Shown: in pieces, positions 19,399 to 28,559 of the stretch
Numbering within the stretch: the stretch's first letter is position 1
How the letters are laid out: every line of letters begins with the position of its first letter
Assembly (NCBI GenBank): GCA_043804415.1
Contig: JAZDJA010000297.1
Coordinates: 3,911-67,910, forward strand
DNA from: Candidatus Latescibacterota bacterium
Lineage (GTDB): Bacteria; Latescibacterota; 4484-107
DNA: 64,000 nucleotides
Direction of reading: 5' to 3'
Made by a program: the position numbers and the translations under genes
The notes under the pieces: generated by a model
Seen by the model: the letters and a program-made list of their open reading frames with translations, nothing else
Database searches by the model: none
Told to the model about the DNA's origin: nothing

Positions 19399-21489
19399 TT
19401 ATGCTTCCGTCTCGGTCACCGTCTCTTCTGGAGTTTTCTGGGCCAGCCCTTCCTCTGTTTCCATTTCTGCGTCATCGGGTGTATTAGACTCGAATGCCAT
19501 AGGCTCCACATCGTCTTCCGCTATCCTGGCGTCGCCCGGAACTTCGGGTGTCTCCTCGGTCTCTGAAGCAGCGGATGTTTCCTGCGCAGCCTCTTGAGTC
19601 GTCTGGGCTTCATCGGATTCGGATGCCTCCTTCGAAGCCTCCGGTGCGTCCGCTGGTCCTCCGGCGACGTCCTCCACCGGTGCGGGTTTTGGGGCAAACT
19701 TGACGCGGTAGGCCTCCAATTCCTCCCGATCCTTATCCCGGAAGTATTCCCGAACAGAAAGCACGATCCGGCGCTGCTGGCCGTCGAACTCGATCACCTT
19801 GAGCGGGAGTTCGTCGTCCACCGAAAGCACTTCCTCCGGCTTGTGGATGCCCGGCTGAGCCAACTGCGAGGTGGGCACGAAGCCTTCCACGTCTCCCTCC
19901 AACTCCACGATGGCACCGCGATCGAGAAGGCGGACGACTCGTCCGGTGGTCTCCGTGGCCTCGACATAGCGTGCGGCCAATTCTTCCCACGGGTTGTCGA
20001 TCGTCTGCTTGTATCCCAAGGAAATACGGCGTTTCTTGGGATCGATGCTCAGGACAACCACTTCCACGGCATCGCCCTTCTTCATTACCTCGCTGGGATG
20101 ATGGATGCGCCGGGTCCACGACATGTCCGATATATGCACCAGGCCGTCGATTCCTTCCGCCACTTCCACAAACGCGCCGAAGTTGGTCAGGTTTCGCACC
20201 TTACCCATAACCCGCGATCCCACAGGATAGTGCTCGTCCAGCGTCTCCCAGGGATCCGGCTCAACCTGCTTCAAGCCCAGAGAGATCTTCTCCTCGGCTT
20301 TATTGATCTTCAGGATCACCGCTTCCACGGCATCGCCGATGGCCACCACCTTGGACGGATGTCGGATATGCTGGGTCCACGACATTTCGGAGATGTGCAC
20401 CAATCCCTCGATGCCCTGCTCCAACTCCACGAAGGCGCCGTAGTCGGTGATGCTCACGATCTTGCCCCGCACCTTCTCGCCGACGGGATACTTCTCCTTC
20501 ACGTGCTCCCACGGATAGGCCGTCAACTGTTTCAAGCCCAACGAGATCCGATCCCTGTCGGACTCGTAGTTGAGGATCTTGACCTCCAGTTCATCTCCGA
20601 TGGCCACCAGTTCCGAGGGGTGACTCACTCGTCCCCAAGACATATCGGTGATGTGGAGCAGTCCATCTACTCCGCCCAGATCAATGAATGCTCCGAAGTC
20701 CGTGATGTTTTTCACCACGCCTTTTCGGACCTGGCCCACTTCCAGCTCTGTCAGCACCTCTTCCCGCCGTCGCTTTCGGTCATCCTCCAATACCACTCGT
20801 CGGGATACCACGATATTTCGGCGGCTTTTATTCAGCTTGATGATCTTGAGCTCAAAGACCTCTCCGATGAATTGGTCGAAGTTTTTCACCTGACGGATGT
20901 CAATCTGCGAACCCGGGAGAAACGCCTCCACTCCCATCAGATCCACAACAATGCCACCCTTGATTCGTCGGGTCAGGCGTCCTTCGACCACCTCTTCGCC
21001 TTCGTGCGCATCCCGGATTCGATCCCAGACACGCATGAAGTCGGCCTTTTGCTTGGAGAGGACAACCTGACCTTCCTGATCCTCCACGTGTTCCAGATAG
21101 ACGTGTACCTCATCGCCCACGTGGACCTCTTCCGGGCTTTCGAATTCTCCGATGGGAATGATGCCTTCCGACTTGAAGCCGATATCGATCACCACATCGT
21201 TCCCGGTGATCCGAAGCACCTTTCCGGAGACAATCTCCCCCTCGACGACGCTCTGCATGGTCTCGTCGTACATGGTGAGCATTTCCGAGAATTCTGCGTC
21301 CGAATACTCCTTTTCTTCGTAAATCGCCCATTCGGCGAAGGGATCTTCGTCGCGGGGGGTTTCTATCGCGTCTGCAAGCTTTTTCACAGGCGTTGTTTCA
21401 GCGACCGCGTCACCCCCTTTCGGATGGGTTCCGGCATCCTCAGGAATCGGTTCTTCCTGTGACGCCTCCAGGATGTTCTCCTCTGGCAT
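19399..21489 (-). CDS. rpsA: 30S ribosomal protein S1, with an acidic N-terminal leader and a long acidic C-terminal tail
   Basis: Six S1 domains are recognisable (repeated GxV.G.V......GAFV motifs). The product is 696 aa. The C-terminal approximately 100 aa are rich in E, A, T and P. Confidence 0.92.
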   Translation of the reverse strand: MPEENILEASQEEPIPEDAGTHPKGGDAVAETTPVKKLADAIETPRDEDPFAEWAIYEEKEYSDAEFSEMLTMYDETMQSVVEGEIVSGKVLRITGNDVVIDIGFKSEGIIPIGEFESPEEVHVGDEVHVYLEHVEDQEGQVVLSKQKADFMRVWDRIRDAHEGEEVVEGRLTRRIKGGIVVDLMGVEAFLPGSQIDIRQVKNFDQFIGEVFELKIIKLNKSRRNIVVSRRVVLEDDRKRRREEVLTELEVGQVRKGVVKNITDFGAFIDLGGVDGLLHITDMSWGRVSHPSELVAIGDELEVKILNYESDRDRISLGLKQLTAYPWEHVKEKYPVGEKVRGKIVSITDYGAFVELEQGIEGLVHISEMSWTQHIRHPSKVVAIGDAVEAVILKINKAEEKISLGLKQVEPDPWETLDEHYPVGSRVMGKVRNLTNFGAFVEVAEGIDGLVHISDMSWTRRIHHPSEVMKKGDAVEVVVLSIDPKKRRISLGYKQTIDNPWEELAARYVEATETTGRVVRLLDRGAIVELEGDVEGFVPTSQLAQPGIHKPEEVLSVDDELPLKVIEFDGQQRRIVLSVREYFRDKDREELEAYRVKFAPKPAPVEDVAGGPADAPEASKEASESDEAQTTQEAAQETSAASETEETPEVPGDARIAEDDVEPMAFESNTPDDAEMETEEGLAQKTPEETVTETEA

Positions 21490-21586
21490 AATCCCGTTCC
21501 TCCTTTGGAAAACAGGGCTCGGAAAAGCAAAGTCCGCTGTGCTGCCGCGACTCTCCCGCTGCCTGTTTTTCCTTACTACTCACTTC

Positions 21587-22429
21587 TCACGCCTGGGCCC
21601 AGCGATTGAGCCTGGTCATTACTTCCTCGATGAGCCAGTTCGGCGTGGAAGCGCCTGCTGAAACCCCCACGAGCGAACATCTCTCCATCCATTCGGGCGA
21701 GAGTTCTTCGGCGGTCTCAATGTGATAGGTTGACTTGCCTAACGCTCGGCACAATTCCGTCAGACGCGAAGTATTCGCGCTGTTTCGGCCTCCGACGATG
21801 ATCATCACATCCGCCTTTCCGGCCAATTCCAACGTTTTGTGTTGGCGTTCCTCCGATGAACTGCAGATTGTGTTGCACACCTTCAACTGCCGTGTCTTCC
21901 TCAGAAGTCCTCGAATCACCTCCTCAAATCGCTGAAACGGAATGGTTGTCTGTGCGACCACCCCCACCCGATCCAGCTGTCCCAATTGTTTAAGGTCTTC
22001 CTCGTCCCAGATAATGACCGCATCCCCCTCCGCATATCCCAACAGCCCTTCCACCTCAGCGTGATCTTTCTTCCCCACGATCACCAACGAATAGCCGTCC
22101 TCCTTAAGCTGCTTCACGTAATTCTGGGCCCGTTTCACAAAGGGACACGTTGCATCCACGATCCGGTGGCCATGCCGCTCCGCAGCCTGGATAACCTCCG
22201 GAGCCACACCGTGCGACCGCACAATCAGCATGCCCGGATCTCCCTCTTCGGGGTGCGCGATCATCCGGATCCCTTTTTCCTCCAGCCGCGTCACCATCTG
22301 GGGATTGTGGATAATCGGACCCAACGTGTAAAAGGGATCCGGTTCTCCCTCCGCCACCTCAAATGCCATTTGAATGGCCCGCTTCACCCCGAAACAAAAA
22401 CCCGATCCCTCCGCCAACTCGACTCTCAC
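21587..22429 (-). CDS. ispH: 4-hydroxy-3-methylbut-2-enyl diphosphate reductase
   Basis: I place the start at the GTG at 22429, with a GGAGGAG ribosome-binding site 7 nt upstream. This gives (M)RVELAEGSGFCFGVKRAIQM..., which aligns with the E. coli IspH N-terminus. The ORF-track start at 22528 adds 33 unsupported residues. Confidence 0.9.
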   Translation of the reverse strand: MRVELAEGSGFCFGVKRAIQMAFEVAEGEPDPFYTLGPIIHNPQMVTRLEEKGIRMIAHPEEGDPGMLIVRSHGVAPEVIQAAERHGHRIVDATCPFVKRAQNYVKQLKEDGYSLVIVGKKDHAEVEGLLGYAEGDAVIIWDEEDLKQLGQLDRVGVVAQTTIPFQRFEEVIRGLLRKTRQLKVCNTICSSSEERQHKTLELAGKADVMIIVGGRNSANTSRLTELCRALGKSTYHIETAEELSPEWMERCSLVGVSAGASTPNWLIEEVMTRLNRWAQA

Positions 22430-22538
22430 GCGCTCTCCTCCCTTCCCACCGATCTTGCCGCAAAGACGCAAAGAGAAGAATGTGAGAAAGGAAGCGGGTG
22501 CGGCATGGAAAGCAGGCCACTTTCTCACTTGCGCCCTC

Positions 22539-23225
22539 TTACAGAGAATCTATGGGTTTCCCCCGCGTCTCTGCGGCAGCAATCCCATGTCCCGCAATCT
22601 CGCCAATCGCTTCCATCACCTGATCGCCGATGTGCTGATAGCGTTTCCTTCGATCCTCTGTGTTACGGAATTCTTGGGGATAGATCGGTTTCCCGAAGCA
22701 GACCCGCACACGTCTGAGGCCGATGAGAGCACGCCATGCGTGGCGTGAGCCCGATACCCATACCGGGACAATTGGCTTGCCAGATTTCAGGGCAATCATT
22801 CCCACTCCGGCTCGTGCCTGTCCGAGAGCTCCGTCCTTCTGCCGCGTTCCCTCCGGAAACAAAAGCACAGCCCGATCCTCCCTGAGCATCTGCAGCACCT
22901 GCGCAATTGCCTGCCGGCCGAATCCGCGGCTTACGGGAAAGGCATGCAAGGTCGCGATCAAGAGTCCGAAAACCGGAGGGTGAAAGAGCTCCTTCTTGGC
23001 CAGAAAATACAGGGGACGCCTTGTTGCCACTCCCACCAAGGGCGGATCGAACAACGAACAATGATTGCTGGCCAGAATCACTCCGTCCTCCGGCGGCACA
23101 TTCTCTTTTCCTTCCACTTTCAGCCGGAGAAAGATCTTGAAGACCCAGCGCACCAGGAAGCGGCAGAAGAAAAAGAAATGCTCTCGCTCCTCCGGTTTTC
23201 GATCCGTATAGGAATGGCTTTTCAT
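22539..23225 (-). CDS. plsC: 1-acyl-sn-glycerol-3-phosphate acyltransferase (LPLAT family)
   Basis: The product contains the NHCSLFDP (H-x4-D) and FPEGTR motifs. The start is probably MKSHSY at 23225. Confidence 0.85.
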   Translation of the reverse strand: MKSHSYTDRKPEEREHFFFFCRFLVRWVFKIFLRLKVEGKENVPPEDGVILASNHCSLFDPPLVGVATRRPLYFLAKKELFHPPVFGLLIATLHAFPVSRGFGRQAIAQVLQMLREDRAVLLFPEGTRQKDGALGQARAGVGMIALKSGKPIVPVWVSGSRHAWRALIGLRRVRVCFGKPIYPQEFRNTEDRRKRYQHIGDQVMEAIGEIAGHGIAAAETRGKPIDSL

Positions 23226-23245
23226 ATTGTGCGGATCAGGGGCGG

Positions 23246-23587
23246 TCAAAAGCCGTCCGCCGGATGATCGGGTTGGGTTTTTTCAAGAAAGAAAGCCAAG
23301 ACCTTTTCGGAAAGGGCGTTGCCTCTATGCTTGTGATCAGGACCACTTGGAATGAAAATGCCGTCTCCTGGTTCATACACTATCCTTGCGTTTTCATATT
23401 CAATTTCCATTTGGCCCTGGATAAGATAACCATAATGTCCCTTCTCACACCAGTGGCGTGGCATCCCTTTTGAGTACTCAACCAGACTCATGCGCAACTC
23501 ATTCTGGCCAATATATTTGTGTCTCATGCCCTCGATCGGAGATTCCCATTCAAGTTTGTCAAAAGGTGCTTTATATTGGATTGTCAT
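23246..23587 (-). CDS. Small cupin-domain protein (cupin_2-like), encoded on a low-GC gene
   Basis: From the ATG at 23587 the product is MTIQYKAPFDKLEWESPIEGMRHKYIG...GDGIFIPSGPDHKHRGNAL (113 aa). The two-His cupin motif pattern is present. Local GC is clearly lower than in flanking genes. Confidence 0.7.
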   Translation of the reverse strand: MTIQYKAPFDKLEWESPIEGMRHKYIGQNELRMSLVEYSKGMPRHWCEKGHYGYLIQGQMEIEYENARIVYEPGDGIFIPSGPDHKHRGNALSEKVLAFFLEKTQPDHPADGF

Positions 23588-23662
23588 CTGAACTCCGTTT
23601 TGGGCCTGACCCAAGGATAACGTCCTTCCTGAAATCATTATCAGCCGTTCTCGCTTGGAACC

Positions 23663-24325
23663 TCAACCATTTTCCCTCGCCAATCGAACGATTCGATCCA
23701 CCTGCTCGGCTATCGTCAGGTGGGTGGTATCCACGACCACCACGTCCTTTGCGCGCCGTAAAGGACCATGTTCCCGCTCCATGTCCCGTTGGTCCCGCTC
23801 CAGCATGTCCCGCTTTACATCCTCCAGGTGTGCTTCGATCCCCTGCTTGGCCAATTCTCCGAACCGACGCCGTGCGCGTTCTTCCACGCCTGCATCGAGA
23901 AAGATCTTCAACTGGGCGTCTGGGAAGACCACGGTGCCGATGTCCCGCCCCTCCATGACAACGTCTCCTGCGGCTTGCCCAATCTCCCGCTGTCTTTGCA
24001 CGAGCACCTCCCGCACGCGGGGCACCCGGCACACCGGCGCGATCTTTGCGGTCACTTCCGGCAAGCGGATCTCCTCGCTCACGTCCTCCCCATCCAGCAG
24101 GGTCTGCAGGCCTTCATCCCTCTGCACCAGAGCCACCTGGGTTCGATCCGCCAAGATCCCCAATGCCTCTTCGTTCTCCAGATCCAACCGCTCCCGAAGG
24201 GCTTTCAGGGTCAGCGCGCGATACATCGCTCCTGTATCGAGATAGAGAAATCCCAAACGTTTCGCGACCATTCGAGCGGTCGTGCTTTTTCCTGATCCGG
24301 CCGGACCGTCTATGGCAATGACCAA
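23663..24325 (-). CDS. cmk: Cytidylate kinase
   Basis: The product starts MVIAIDGPAGSGKSTTARMVAKRLGFLYLDTGAMYRA, a P-loop plus the Cmk signature. Confidence 0.93.
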   Translation of the reverse strand: MVIAIDGPAGSGKSTTARMVAKRLGFLYLDTGAMYRALTLKALRERLDLENEEALGILADRTQVALVQRDEGLQTLLDGEDVSEEIRLPEVTAKIAPVCRVPRVREVLVQRQREIGQAAGDVVMEGRDIGTVVFPDAQLKIFLDAGVEERARRRFGELAKQGIEAHLEDVKRDMLERDQRDMEREHGPLRRAKDVVVVDTTHLTIAEQVDRIVRLARENG

Positions 24326-24368
24326 GCCGCACCTCCCTTCCCTCTTGTGATGGCAAGCGCCCTGTCAG

Positions 24369-25145
24369 TCATTGAGCCACTTTCTTGAGGCGAGCAACCT
24401 CCTGAGGTGTTAAGAGCCGCGATTTCCCCTGGGGGAGTCCTTTGACCGATAGGCCCGCAAAGCGCTTGCGCACCAAACGTTGCACGCGATGCCCAACCGC
24501 CTCGCACATCCGTTTCACCTGCCTTTTTCGCCCCTCGTGGAGGGTCAGTTCCAACAGCGCATTGCGATCTTCTGTGCGCTGTATCTTCACCTTTGCGGGA
24601 GCCGTCACAAAAGTCTTTGCGCGCTTTCCTGTGGGTGATCTTTCATTTTTCGGGGAGTCATTTTCATCTTCCCCTTCGAGTTTGAGCACAACCCCTTCCT
24701 GCAAGATTCTCAACGCTTTTTGGTCCGGGATGCCCTCCACCCAAGCCTCATAGACCTTCTCCACCTCAAATGAAGGATGAGACAGCCGACGACAAAGGGT
24801 GCCGTCGTTTGTCAACAGCAGTACGCCTGCCGTATCGAGATCCAGTCGACCCACCGAAAAAAGTCGCTCCTTCCGATGGATCAGATCGAACACAGTCGGC
24901 CTGCCCTGCGGGTCGTCGTGCGTGACCAGCAACCCGGCCGGCTTGTTGAGCAAAAGGTAAACAAACGATGGCGTCGCCTTGGTGCGGCCCCCATCAAACC
25001 TGACCACGTCTGTTTCCGGATCTATCTTCACGCCCAGCTCACGCACCACCACGTCGTTGACGGTTACCCGCCCCTCCTCAATGAGCTGATCGCACTTCCT
25101 GCGGGAGGCGATCCCCGCCTGGGCCAGCCACTTGTTCAGTCTTAT
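24369..25145 (-). CDS. rluB: Pseudouridine synthase of the RsuA/RluB family. The S4 domain is encoded in-frame upstream of the first canonical start.
   Basis: The catalytic domain is clear (VYLLLNKPAGLLVTHDDPQGRPTV...GRLDLDTAGVLLLTNDG). The in-frame reverse-complement upstream of the GTG at 25052 encodes IRLNKWLAQAGIASRRKCDQLIEEGRVTVNDVVV, which is a textbook S4 domain. The codon where ATG is expected (25145..25143) is ATA. The gene overlaps the scpB 3' end. A conservative gene call would be 24369..25052. Confidence 0.7.
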   Translation of the reverse strand: MRLNKWLAQAGIASRRKCDQLIEEGRVTVNDVVVRELGVKIDPETDVVRFDGGRTKATPSFVYLLLNKPAGLLVTHDDPQGRPTVFDLIHRKERLFSVGRLDLDTAGVLLLTNDGTLCRRLSHPSFEVEKVYEAWVEGIPDQKALRILQEGVVLKLEGEDENDSPKNERSPTGKRAKTFVTAPAKVKIQRTEDRNALLELTLHEGRKRQVKRMCEAVGHRVQRLVRKRFAGLSVKGLPQGKSRLLTPQEVARLKKVAQ

Positions 25146-25704
25146 CTTCGACGTGTTTCTCCCCTCGCCTTTCCTGCCCGATCAGGTCTTCGATCTCCTT
25201 GGGCTTCGGCAAATCGGATAGCACATTCAATCCGAAATGCCGCAAGAATTTCTTGGTGGTCCCATAACGCAATGGTCTTCCCAGCGCCTCCGAACGTCCC
25301 GCAATCCGAATCAGTCCTCGATCCAGCAACGTAGCCAACACACCTCCGGAATCCACGCCTCGAATCGCCTGGATCTCTGCGCGAACCACCGGCTGCTTGA
25401 ACGCAATGATGGCCAGCGTCTCCAGCGCGGCCGGAGACAGCCTCGACTCCGTTCGTCCGAGAAAGAGTTTCTTCACCCAGGGCCCATACTGCGTCCGCGT
25501 GGTCATCTGAAATCCTCCTCCGACCTCCGCAATGAGAAAGGCCCTGCCCTGCTCCCAGTATTCCTGATTGAGATGCGCGATCACCTCCCGGACGGGCGCA
25601 GGAGGGTCGCTCCCAACCAGGGACTCCAAACGGTCTGGACTCAGGGGAACGTCCGTGGCAAACAACAGCGCTTCCACAATGGATTTGACTTGGTCGTGTT
25701 CCAT
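25078..25704 (-). CDS. scpB: Segregation and condensation protein B
   Basis: The ATG at 25704 has a GGTGGA ribosome-binding site. The product MEHDQVKSIVEALLFATDVPLSPDRL... shows tandem winged-helix ScpB motifs. Confidence 0.88.
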   Translation of the reverse strand: MEHDQVKSIVEALLFATDVPLSPDRLESLVGSDPPAPVREVIAHLNQEYWEQGRAFLIAEVGGGFQMTTRTQYGPWVKKLFLGRTESRLSPAALETLAIIAFKQPVVRAEIQAIRGVDSGGVLATLLDRGLIRIAGRSEALGRPLRYGTTKKFLRHFGLNVLSDLPKPKEIEDLIGQERRGEKHVEDKTEQVAGPGGDRLPQEVRSAH

Positions 25705-25738
25705 TTTCCACCAAAACATCAAGTTGGATCTGGCACCG

Positions 25739-26863
25739 CTATTCCGGCCAGTGGTCCCAGAATCTTGCCTGGCCTTGGGCGGATACTCCTTGGCCGATCT
25801 CTTCGCGGCGTATTCCTTCGTCGAGCATCTGTTCCACGTCCTCGGCAGCCCGGATGAACGTGTGGACCTTTCTTACGGTATCGGCATCCGTCATCGTATT
25901 GCTCACGAAGGTGAATACGTAACTTGCGCCATCCGAGACCGCTTTGAACACAAAATCATGAATGTCTGCACAGGTCATATACGGATAGTGGAAATTTCCC
26001 AATCGCCATCCAAAGGGCACGCGGCATCTTTTGGCGATGATCTCAGGATTGATCTTCCTGGAAATGGAGGGATCAAACCTGGAGAGCCCAATCTCCTCCA
26101 GAAACGGCAGCTGATCGGGTTTGAGATCTTCCACGTGCGCCTCACGGGTTCCGCTGGTTGTCCCCCGATAATACTGTTCCCAGTATGGGAGGACACATTC
26201 TCGAAATCGGTCCGGAGGCACCATGCTGGCGATGTCATCGCACATTGCACCTTGTTGAGGGTTGACCGGAGGCTGGTCGAGGACCCTCGAAAGGAACCGA
26301 TGAAAGTCCAGGATGCTTTCGGTAAGCAGGCCAAGGAACTCTTTGACCGGATCCCTTTGGTCCATCAAATCGAAGAAGAAGCCCTCCCCGCGCAACTCAT
26401 AGGCTGTTGTGATGGGGCCTTCCAGCCCGTATCCGAACCCCATCGGCTCGTCAGGAAAGGCGTCCTGAAGCTCCCGGCGGAAATCAAGATAGAACGGCGC
26501 CATGCCTGCACGGGCAAAGTCCACGGGTTTCTTCAGAGCTCGGATGCCTTCCTCCAGCGAGGCATAGAGGTGTGCGTGCCCGACCTCTCCGTCTTCGGGG
26601 AAGGTCAGTTTGGAGCCGAGTCCGTTGGGATGCCCGTAGCTGATCGGAGGGGTGCTCACCCCGGGCAGACCCACCTTGTCGCCGAAAAGCGCGCGAATGA
26701 GCGGACGTCCCTTCCGATAGGCCTCAATGCACGCCTTGGGATTCAGATTGAACTCCCGGAGCGGAATGTCGGTAACCTCTAGGAGCGCCAGACAGGTCGA
26801 ACCCACGAACCACCGAAACCCGGTTTCCTGCCTCAAGGTGTCGTAATTTGGCCTCTTGAACAT
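25739..26863 (-). CDS. Uroporphyrinogen-decarboxylase (URO-D) family protein of uncertain function
   Basis: From the ATG at 26863 (MFKRPNYD...) the product is about 375 aa. It contains a GFGYGLEGPITTAYEL segment resembling the URO-D/MtaA glycine-rich substrate loop. There is no convincing HemE N-terminal motif. Confidence 0.45.
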   Translation of the reverse strand: MFKRPNYDTLRQETGFRWFVGSTCLALLEVTDIPLREFNLNPKACIEAYRKGRPLIRALFGDKVGLPGVSTPPISYGHPNGLGSKLTFPEDGEVGHAHLYASLEEGIRALKKPVDFARAGMAPFYLDFRRELQDAFPDEPMGFGYGLEGPITTAYELRGEGFFFDLMDQRDPVKEFLGLLTESILDFHRFLSRVLDQPPVNPQQGAMCDDIASMVPPDRFRECVLPYWEQYYRGTTSGTREAHVEDLKPDQLPFLEEIGLSRFDPSISRKINPEIIAKRCRVPFGWRLGNFHYPYMTCADIHDFVFKAVSDGASYVFTFVSNTMTDADTVRKVHTFIRAAEDVEQMLDEGIRREEIGQGVSAQGQARFWDHWPE

Positions 26864-27050
26864 AGGGGTTTCTTTTCTTGCCCTTTGTGTATGAAAACGC
26901 AGGAGAACAACGCGATGGACTGCAGGTGGAAAGGATCCATACCGGGTCGTCTTTTGGTGTTTCAGGCGCGCGGCCCCGGGCGTCGTCAACCCCTTTTATA
27001 AAAGGCATAGAGTGGAAAATCCTCTTGGCATACCGGCGGGTTCTGTCTCC

Positions 27051-28466
27051 TTATTCATCCACCCCCGCCCGATCCACCACCATCGCCATCAGCTCCGCTT
27101 CCGCCACCAAGTCGCCATCCACATAGGCCTTTCCCTGCATTTTGCACATGGTCCGGCGTTTTCGAACCATCTCCAGCTCAAAGCGGATCTGATCCCCAGG
27201 CACCACAGGCTTGCGAAACCGGGCGTTGTCAATGCCCATAAAATAGACCAGTTTGCTTTCCGGATCGTCCTCTCCGTTCAGTAGCAGAATGCCGCCCACC
27301 TGCGCCATCGCCTCTATCTGAAGCACGCCCGGCATCACGGGTTGTCCCGGAAAATGCCCGTTGAAGAATTCCTCATTGATCGTCACATTCTTGAGCCCAA
27401 CCACGCGCTCTCCGGGAACCAATTCAAGAATCCGGTCCATCAACAGGAACGGATAACGGTGGGGCATGATTTTCTGGATGGCCCGAACATCAAACACCAG
27501 CTTTTTGTCCTTCGCGCTCTTTCCCTGGTATTTCTTGACCAGTTGTTTCTTCTGACACGCTGCCCGAATTTTCTTCGCCAGTTCGATGTTGGCCGCGTGT
27601 CCGGAGCTGGCCCCCATCACGTGGCCCTTGATCGGCATTCCCAATAGGAACAGATCACCGATCAGGTCCAGCACTTTGTGACGGCAGAACTCGTTGGGGA
27701 ACCGGAGCGGCATATCGTTGAGCACTCCCGTGGTGCCCAGATGGATCGGCTCCGAGATGCCGAACAATTCCCGGAGATGTTCCAACTCATCCTCTGCCAT
27801 CTGTTTGTCCACAATAACCACCGCGTTATCCAGGGCTCCGCCTTTGATCAGCCCCCGCTCCCTGAGCATCTCGATCTCACTGAGGAAGGAGGAAGTGCGC
27901 GCGGACGCGTATTCTTTCGCAAACTCGTCCAGCGAAAACATCGTGGTATATTGCGTGCCCACAGTTGGGTTCTTGGGGTCGCTCATAAACGTAATCTTGA
28001 AGTCATCGGAGGGGAGCGCCAGCAGTTCCACGCCCTTGGATTTCATATCGTCGTAGGAGACGACTTCTTCGATCACAAGGTAGTTTTTGGGCGCATTCTG
28101 CTGAACGATCCCCGCGGCAAGCAACGGTTTCAGGAAAGGAAGGGCACTGCCGTCCCCTACGGGCGGCTCAATCCCGTCCAGCTCCACCACTAGGTTGTCA
28201 ATCTCCAATCCCGCAATCGCGGCCAGCACATGCTCCACGGTGCGCACCTCCGCGCCGTTCAACCCCAGATTCGTTCCCCGCGAAACATCGACCACGTGCG
28301 CCACATCCGCCGGAATCTCCGGCTGTCCGGGTAAATCTGTCCGCACAAACCGAACTCCGGCATCAACCGGCGCAGGCTTGAAGGTCAGCTGGGTCGTCTC
28401 TCCCGTGTGGAGCCCGATGCCCGAAAACGAGGTTGCCCGTCCAATTGTTTGCTGTTGTTTGATCAT
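27051..28466 (-). CDS. lpxC/fabZ: Bifunctional UDP-3-O-acyl-GlcNAc deacetylase / 3-hydroxyacyl-ACP dehydratase (LpxC-FabZ fusion)
   Basis: The N-terminal approximately 300 aa are LpxC (GIGLHTGETTQLTFKPA..., HKVLDLIGDLFLLG). The C-terminal approximately 150 aa are FabZ hot-dog (IMPHRYPFLLMDRILE...FFNGHFPGQPVMPGVLQIEAMAQ). Confidence 0.93.
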   Translation of the reverse strand: MIKQQQTIGRATSFSGIGLHTGETTQLTFKPAPVDAGVRFVRTDLPGQPEIPADVAHVVDVSRGTNLGLNGAEVRTVEHVLAAIAGLEIDNLVVELDGIEPPVGDGSALPFLKPLLAAGIVQQNAPKNYLVIEEVVSYDDMKSKGVELLALPSDDFKITFMSDPKNPTVGTQYTTMFSLDEFAKEYASARTSSFLSEIEMLRERGLIKGGALDNAVVIVDKQMAEDELEHLRELFGISEPIHLGTTGVLNDMPLRFPNEFCRHKVLDLIGDLFLLGMPIKGHVMGASSGHAANIELAKKIRAACQKKQLVKKYQGKSAKDKKLVFDVRAIQKIMPHRYPFLLMDRILELVPGERVVGLKNVTINEEFFNGHFPGQPVMPGVLQIEAMAQVGGILLLNGEDDPESKLVYFMGIDNARFRKPVVPGDQIRFELEMVRKRRTMCKMQGKAYVDGDLVAEAELMAMVVDRAGVDE

Positions 28467-28559
28467 CAAATGTCTCTCCGTCCGACCACAATAATGCACG
28501 AAAACTCCCGGAGGTTTTTCAGAAGGCTTTCGGGAGAATCCGCAGTAAGAGCTTGGCTC

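Noticed and set aside
19594-21462. 622 aa plus-strand ORF
   Set aside because: It is antisense to rpsA. It is His/Leu/Arg-rich with no domain, whereas the minus strand encodes six S1 domains.
25568-26782. 404 aa plus-strand ORF
   Set aside because: It is antisense to the URO-D-family gene, with no recognisable motif.
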